A DNA stretch of 64,000 nucleotides from Actinomycetota bacterium (GTDB taxonomy: Bacteria > Actinomycetota > UBA4738 > JACQTL01). How positions within the stretch are numbered: the stretch's first letter is position 1; each line of letters begins with the position of its first letter. The stretch lies in assembly GCA_046263085.1 (NCBI GenBank), contig JBHELK010000075.1, forward strand, positions 5,126 to 69,125, read 5' to 3'. Positions 58,559-64,000 of this stretch are shown here, one piece after another. The translations under genes were made by a program, and so were the position numbers. A model generated the notes under the pieces. It was not told the DNA's origin, made no database searches, and was given only the letters and a program-made list of their open reading frames with translations.

Positions 58559-59527
58559 ATGGGCCGATACATCATCCGACGGCTGATCTGGGTGGTCTTC
58601 GTGCTGCTCCTGATCACGCTGATCACGTACATGATCTTCTTCCTCCTCCCGCCCGGCGATCCTGCCGTGCGCTTCGCCGGCAAGCAGCCCACACCCGAGC
58701 TGGTCAAGGAAGTCAAGAAGCAGTTCGGGCTGGACAAGTCGATCCCCGCGCAGTACGGGCTCTTCGTCCGTCACATCTTCCTTGGCGACCAGTACGGCTG
58801 GCCGGGGTTCGGCAAGTCGTTCAACACGCGATCGCCGCTCAAGCCGATCCTGCTCGACCGGATGATCATCACGGCCCAGCTCGCGCTGGGCGCCGCGCTG
58901 GTCTGGTTACTCCTGGGCATCCCGATCGGGGTCCTCTCGGCGTTACGGCCCCGCTCGACGGGGGACCGGCTCGCCATGGGCTTCGCCCTGTTCGGTGTGT
59001 CGGCGCCGGTCTTCTGGCTGGGGCTGATGTTCCTGTACATCTTCTGGTTCAAGCTGGGGGTGGCGGCTTCCTCTGGATATGTATCCATCGGAGACGGCGG
59101 CTTCTTCACGTGGTTGAACCACATGATCATGCCGTGGGTGGTGCTGGCCTTACTCTTCGCCGCGTTCTACGCGCGCATGTCGCGCGGGAACCTCATCGAG
59201 ACGATGACGGAGGACTACATCCGCACGGCCCGGGCCAAGGGGCTCTCGGAGTCGCGCGTCGTGTTGAAGCACGGGCTCCGGGCCAGCCTGACGCCCGTGG
59301 TCACCATGTTCGGCATGGACCTCGGCACGCTGCTCGGCGGCGCGATCATCACCGAGACGGTGTTCAACCTCCAGGGCATCGGGAACCTCGCCGTGCAGTC
59401 GGTGTTCAGCTTCGACCTGTACGCGGTCGTCGACGTGACGATCATCGCGGCGTTCTTCGTGACGCTCTCGAACCTCGTCGTCGACGTCGTCTATGCCTAT
59501 CTCGACCCCCGCGTGAGGTACACTTGA
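58559..59527 (+). CDS. Oligopeptide/dipeptide ABC transporter permease (OppB/DppB-like)
   Basis: YIIRRL, PGDPA, DYIRTARAKGL, GAIITETVF and YAYLDPRV. Confidence 0.93.
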   Translation: MGRYIIRRLIWVVFVLLLITLITYMIFFLLPPGDPAVRFAGKQPTPELVKEVKKQFGLDKSIPAQYGLFVRHIFLGDQYGWPGFGKSFNTRSPLKPILLDRMIITAQLALGAALVWLLLGIPIGVLSALRPRSTGDRLAMGFALFGVSAPVFWLGLMFLYIFWFKLGVAASSGYVSIGDGGFFTWLNHMIMPWVVLALLFAAFYARMSRGNLIETMTEDYIRTARAKGLSESRVVLKHGLRASLTPVVTMFGMDLGTLLGGAIITETVFNLQGIGNLAVQSVFSFDLYAVVDVTIIAAFFVTLSNLVVDVVYAYLDPRVRYT

Positions 59528-59575
59528 TCAGGACGCCCGGTCGGGCGTCCGTTCCCGTCTCGGGGGGAAGCGCCC

Positions 59576-60589
59576 ATGGCTGAGCCGCTGCTCGAGGTCA
59601 AGGACCTCAAGGTTCACTTCGACACCGAGGACGGTCTGGTCAAGGCCGTCGACGGCGTCTCGTTCTCCATCTCGCCGGGGGAGACGCTCGGCGTGGTGGG
59701 CGAGTCCGGCTCCGGCAAGAGCGTCACCTTCCTTACGCTGATGGGTCTCATCCGCAGCAAGAACGTCCGCCTCGAGGGGCAGGCGATGTTCCAGGGACAG
59801 GACCTCCTGCACCTCCCCCAGGACGAGCTGCGTCACATCCGCGGCAGCAAGATCTCCATGATCTTCCAGGACCCCATGACGTCCCTTCACCCCTTCTACA
59901 AGGTGGGCGAGCAGATCTCCGAGGCCATCCTCACCCACCAGCACATCTCGAAGAAGGAGGCCGCCGCGCAGGCGGTCGCGATGCTCGAGCGCGTGGGCGT
60001 CGCGCGTCCACAGGAGCGCGCCAAGCAGTATCCGCACGAGTTCTCGGGCGGCATGCGGCAGCGCGCCATGATCGCCATGGCGCTGTCGCTCAACCCCGAC
60101 CTGCTGATCGCCGACGAGCCGACCACGGCGCTCGACGTCACGGTCCAGGCGCAGATCCTCGAGCTCATCGACCGTCTGAAGCAGGAGTTCGACGCCGCGG
60201 TGGTCATCATCACGCACGACCTCGGGGTGGTCGCCGAGCACTGCGACGACATCATGGTGATGTACGCCGGGCGGCCCATCGAGTATGGCGTGGCGAACGA
60301 CATCTACTACAACGCCCACCACCCCTACACGTGGGGGCTCCTGCAGTCGATCGCCCGCATCGACCAGGACCGGTCCGAACGGCTGCGGCCGATCAAGGGG
60401 CTGCCTCCGTCACTGATCTTCCTGCCACCGGGGTGTCCGTTCCATCCCCGGTGCCCGTACGTCATGGACGTGTGCAAGACCGACGTGCCGCCGCTGCTGC
60501 CCGCCGACGGGCATCACGCCTCGGCGTGTCATCTCACGCTCGCCGACAAGGAGCGGATCTTCCGCGAGGAAGTGGCGGTGCACGGATGA
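59576..60589 (+). CDS. Oligopeptide ABC transporter ATP-binding protein (OppD-like)
   Basis: GESGSGKS, FQDPMTSL, YPHEFSGGMRQR and GCPFHPRC. Confidence 0.94.
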   Translation: MAEPLLEVKDLKVHFDTEDGLVKAVDGVSFSISPGETLGVVGESGSGKSVTFLTLMGLIRSKNVRLEGQAMFQGQDLLHLPQDELRHIRGSKISMIFQDPMTSLHPFYKVGEQISEAILTHQHISKKEAAAQAVAMLERVGVARPQERAKQYPHEFSGGMRQRAMIAMALSLNPDLLIADEPTTALDVTVQAQILELIDRLKQEFDAAVVIITHDLGVVAEHCDDIMVMYAGRPIEYGVANDIYYNAHHPYTWGLLQSIARIDQDRSERLRPIKGLPPSLIFLPPGCPFHPRCPYVMDVCKTDVPPLLPADGHHASACHLTLADKERIFREEVAVHG

Positions 60590-61635
60590 GCGTGCAGGTG
60601 CGGGAGCGGGCCGAGCCCGACACCAGCGAGACGCGCACGCCGCTGGTGAAGATGATCGGGGTCAAGAAGCACTTCCCGATCAGCCGCGGCATCATCTTCC
60701 AGCGCAAGATCGGCGCCGTGCACGCCGTCGACGGAGTGGACCTCGAGATCTATCCCGGCGAGACCCTCGGGCTGGTGGGGGAGACCGGCTGCGGGAAGTC
60801 CACCACAGCCAGGTTGCTCGCGAAGCTCCATCCGACGACCGCCGGGCAGATCGTCTTCGACGGCCAGGACATCACGAAGCTGTCGGCGCGCAAGATGCGC
60901 CCGTTCCGCCGGGAGATCCAGATGATCTTCCAGGACCCCTACGCGTCGCTGAATCCGCGCAAGACGGTGGGCTCCATCATCGGCGACCCGTTCAGGCTGC
61001 ACAAGACGATCCCCAGGGGGAAGATCAAGGACGAGGTCCGTCAGCTCATGGAGCTCGTTGGGTTGAACCCGGAGCACTACAACCGGTATCCACACGAGTT
61101 CTCCGGCGGGCAGCGGCAGCGGATCGGGGTGGCCCGGGCCCTCGCCCTGCGCCCTCGGCTGATCATCTGCGACGAACCGGTCTCCGCGCTCGACGTGTCG
61201 ATCCAGGCCCAGATCATCAACCTCCTGGAGGATCTCCAGCAGGAGTTCAAGCTCACGTACCTGTTCATCGCGCACGACCTCTCGGTCGTGCGACACGTGA
61301 GCGATCGCGTGGCCGTGATGTACCTGGGGCGGGTCGTGGAGATGGCGCCCGGCGACCAGCTCTACCGCAACCCCAAGCACCCGTACTCGGGTGCGCTGCT
61401 GTCGGCGGTGCCCATCCCCGACCCGCGGTTGGCGGCGCACAAGAAGCGCATCATCCTCGAGGGGGACGTGCCTTCGCCGATCGACCCGCCGTCGGGCTGC
61501 CGGTTCCACCCCCGCTGCCCCCGGGCCCAGTTCCCGTACTGCAAGGAGAACGACCCGGAGCTGTATCCTTTCCACGAGGGCCAGGTGGCCGCGTGCCACT
61601 TCCCGCTGCAGGACCGGGCCGTCATCCAGGAGTGA
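60586..61635 (+). CDS. Oligopeptide ABC transporter ATP-binding protein (OppF-like)
   Basis: ATGA overlap; GETGCGKST, FQDPYASLNPR, YPHEFSGGQRQR and GCRFHPRC. Confidence 0.94.
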   Translation: MSVQVRERAEPDTSETRTPLVKMIGVKKHFPISRGIIFQRKIGAVHAVDGVDLEIYPGETLGLVGETGCGKSTTARLLAKLHPTTAGQIVFDGQDITKLSARKMRPFRREIQMIFQDPYASLNPRKTVGSIIGDPFRLHKTIPRGKIKDEVRQLMELVGLNPEHYNRYPHEFSGGQRQRIGVARALALRPRLIICDEPVSALDVSIQAQIINLLEDLQQEFKLTYLFIAHDLSVVRHVSDRVAVMYLGRVVEMAPGDQLYRNPKHPYSGALLSAVPIPDPRLAAHKKRIILEGDVPSPIDPPSGCRFHPRCPRAQFPYCKENDPELYPFHEGQVAACHFPLQDRAVIQE

Positions 61636-61719
61636 CGGCGGCCTCGTAGGAAGTCGAGCCGGGCTCGCCCCCGGTGGTTGGTAGGCCGGGGCTCTTCCCC
61701 GGCCGGAAGGAGCTCTGAG

Positions 61720-61944
61720 GTGTTCAACGCGTTCGTGCTTGCGATTACGGTGGCGTCGTCGCTGTTCCTGGTGATCTTCGTGCTGCTGCACTCGGGCAAG
61801 GGGAGCGGGCTCTCCGACATGTTCGGCGGCGGTGGCGGGCTCTCCGGCGGAACGTCCATCGAGCGCCGCCTGGACCGGATCACGGTGGTCACCGCGATCC
61901 TGTTCGGCCTCGGCGTGTTCTGGCTGTCCTGGAAGTGGCACTGA
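61720..61944 (+). CDS. secG: Preprotein translocase subunit SecG
   Basis: AAGGAG SD, GTG at 61720; VLLHSGKGSGLSDMFGGG...ERRLDRIT. Confidence 0.93.
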   Translation: MFNAFVLAITVASSLFLVIFVLLHSGKGSGLSDMFGGGGGLSGGTSIERRLDRITVVTAILFGLGVFWLSWKWH

Positions 61945-61945
61945 G

Positions 61946-63883
61946 CTGAAGCCACGGCGAGCGCTCGTCGCGGCGTTCGCCCTGCTGGCAGCGGCGTGCG
62001 CCTCCGGGCGTGTGCCGACAGCAGCCCCCGCGGCGCCGGCGTTCGTCCGTGTCAATCAGGTGGGCTACGACGCGAGGGCGAGCAAGACGGCATACCTCCT
62101 CTCGGCGCAGGACGCCTCCGGCGAAACCTTCCGTGTGGTGGACGAGGCCGACGGCGCCGACGCGCTGTCGGCGACGGTTGGCCCGGACCGGGGCCGGTGG
62201 AACGCCGAGTTCGGGCACGTCTACGACCTCGACCTCACCTCCCTGGATACACCTGGCACGTACCACGTCACCGTGGACGGCGCCGTGTCCGCGGACTCGC
62301 CGCCCTTCGTGGTCGCGACGGCCGGGGACCTGTACGGGCCCCTGGCGCGAGACGGCCTCCTCTTCTTCCAGGCCCAGCGCGACGGCCCGGACGTCGTCGG
62401 CTCCGTCCTGGACCGGAAGCCGGCGCACCTCAACGATGCGCGGGCCCTGATCTACGCCACCCCGCAGTACCGGGGTTCCACCCTCGTTGGGAAGCTTCGT
62501 CGCGTGGGCGGGCCGGTGGATGTCTCCGGCGGCTGGTTCGACGCCGGGGACTACCTCAAGTTCACCGTCACCACCACGTTCGCCGTCGCGATGCTGCTCT
62601 CGGCGATCCGTGACGAGCCTGATGTGCTCGGATCGGATCGGTCGGCGTTCGAGGACGAAGTGGCGTTCGGCCTCGACTGGTTGCAGAGGATGTGGGACGG
62701 GAGGCGACTGCTCATCCAGGTCGGCATCGGTGAGGGTGACGGGTGCCGCCGCACGTGCGCGGACCACGATCTGTGGCGCCTCCCCGAGGACGACGACACG
62801 TTCGGGGGCACGAAGTCGCGCTTCCCGTTCATCCGCCATCGGCCGGTGTTCCAGACCGGAGCGAACGGCGCGCCCCTGTCGCCGAACCTGGGCGGCCGTC
62901 TCGCCGCCGACTTCGCACTGTGCTTCCAGGTGTTCCGGACCTCCCGTCCGTCCTATGCGGCGGACTGCCTCCAGGAGGCCGAGGCCGTCTTCGACCGGAG
63001 CGACCACTGGTGGAAGGCGAAGAGGCCCGTCACGGCCGCGCGGTGGGCCTACTACCAGGAGCAGGAGTGGCGAGACGACCTCGAGCTCGGGGCGGCGGAG
63101 CTCGCGCTGGCGCTGCAGGGCGCGGACGGAGCGATCCCCGGGAGCCTGCCCCATCCGGATCCGGCGTTCTACGTCCAGAAGGGCGCGGCGTGGGCGAAGG
63201 CCTACATCACGGGGCCCCACGACGACGGATCGGAGTCGTTCACGCTCTACGACACGAGCGGGCTCGCGCACGCCGAGCTCGCGATGGCGATGCAGAACGC
63301 AGGCTCCCCCGGCGGGCTCGCGGTCTCGCAGGACGACCTCGTGACCGACCTGGAGCAACAGGTCGCCGCCGGGGAGGAGCGCTCGGCCCACGATCCGTTC
63401 CGAAACGGGTTCCCGCTCAACTACGGCGTGGTGCCCCACGTCCTCGGGCTGTCGATCGGAGCGGGGCTGTACGACCGCCTGACCGGGACGACACGATTCA
63501 CCGAGTTCGCGGAGCGCCAGCTCGACTGGGCGCTCGGGGCGAACGCGTGGGGGACGTCGTTCGTGATCGGAGCGGGCTCGACCTTCCCGCACTGTCCGCA
63601 GCATCAGATCGCGAACCTCTCCGGGAGCCTCGACGGGACGCCGCCGGTGCTGACCGGCGCGACGGTCGCCGGGCCGACCGCGACCGGCGACTTCCGCGGC
63701 CTGGAGGGGGACGTCGGAGGCCGGACGTGCCCCGCCGACGGCGTGGACCGGTTCCGACGCTTCTCCATCCCGGGGGTCCGCTACGTCGACGCCGTGTGGG
63801 CGTGGCCGAGTGTCGAGCCGGCGCTCGACTACTCGGTGATCGCGCTGGTCGCGTTCGCGCGCGCGGCCGCCGGGCTCACGTAG
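61946..63883 (+). CDS. Glycoside hydrolase family 9 lipoprotein with N-terminal Ig-like domain
   Basis: Lipobox LAAAC; VRVNQVGY; [15 protein letters not shown]; [12 protein letters not shown]; YVD...EPALDY; probable CTG start. Confidence 0.88.
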   Translation: MKPRRALVAAFALLAAACASGRVPTAAPAAPAFVRVNQVGYDARASKTAYLLSAQDASGETFRVVDEADGADALSATVGPDRGRWNAEFGHVYDLDLTSLDTPGTYHVTVDGAVSADSPPFVVATAGDLYGPLARDGLLFFQAQRDGPDVVGSVLDRKPAHLNDARALIYATPQYRGSTLVGKLRRVGGPVDVSGGWFDAGDYLKFTVTTTFAVAMLLSAIRDEPDVLGSDRSAFEDEVAFGLDWLQRMWDGRRLLIQVGIGEGDGCRRTCADHDLWRLPEDDDTFGGTKSRFPFIRHRPVFQTGANGAPLSPNLGGRLAADFALCFQVFRTSRPSYAADCLQEAEAVFDRSDHWWKAKRPVTAARWAYYQEQEWRDDLELGAAELALALQGADGAIPGSLPHPDPAFYVQKGAAWAKAYITGPHDDGSESFTLYDTSGLAHAELAMAMQNAGSPGGLAVSQDDLVTDLEQQVAAGEERSAHDPFRNGFPLNYGVVPHVLGLSIGAGLYDRLTGTTRFTEFAERQLDWALGANAWGTSFVIGAGSTFPHCPQHQIANLSGSLDGTPPVLTGATVAGPTATGDFRGLEGDVGGRTCPADGVDRFRRFSIPGVRYVDAVWAWPSVEPALDYSVIALVAFARAAAGLT

Positions 63884-64000
63884 GCGCGGGATAGCGCTTC
63901 TCGCCGGCCTCGATCCGCACGGGCAGCCGGTTGGTCGGCTGGGCCAGCACGCAGGTCGCGTAGGGAGTGAACACGCAGGCCGGGTTGTACGCGCGGTTGA
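63876..64000 (-). CDS. DUF1684 family protein, C-terminal end (truncated by window)
   Basis: Minus-strand translation [40 protein letters not shown]. Confidence 0.8.
   Translation of the reverse strand, partial: NRAYNPACVFTPYATCVLAQPTNRLPVRIEAGEKRYPAPT

Overview
High-GC (roughly 70%) bacterial chromosome segment. The gene order (hisA-like, trpCBA, tRNA-Leu, polA, rpsA, coaE, uvrB, uvrA, uvrC, rapZ, gap, pgk, tpiA, secG) points to an actinobacterium; this is an inference. Accessory blocks are interspersed: a liv-type ABC transporter with an imino-acid catabolic cluster (OCD/mu-crystallin family, two FAD amine oxidases, two-subunit aconitase X), a polar amino-acid ABC transporter, an Opp/Dpp ABC transporter, and several secreted proteins (ceramidase-like, beta-propeller, cupredoxin-tailed lipoprotein, GH9). 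No mobile element or CRISPR array was seen. The strongest unexplained signal is a ~230-nt highly structured putative non-coding RNA (17372-17603, minus strand) with its own near-consensus TTGACA-18-TACTCT promoter, lying between two convergent genes. Other notable points: an in-frame TGA in polA followed by a hairpin, PafBC/RecA-NDp-type promoters at uvrA and uvrB, many probable leaderless genes, several probable non-canonical start codons, a divergent HisA paralogue before a trpF-less trp operon, and absence of yvcK/whiA from the uvrC-rapZ-gap locus. All calls were made by eye, without database searches.
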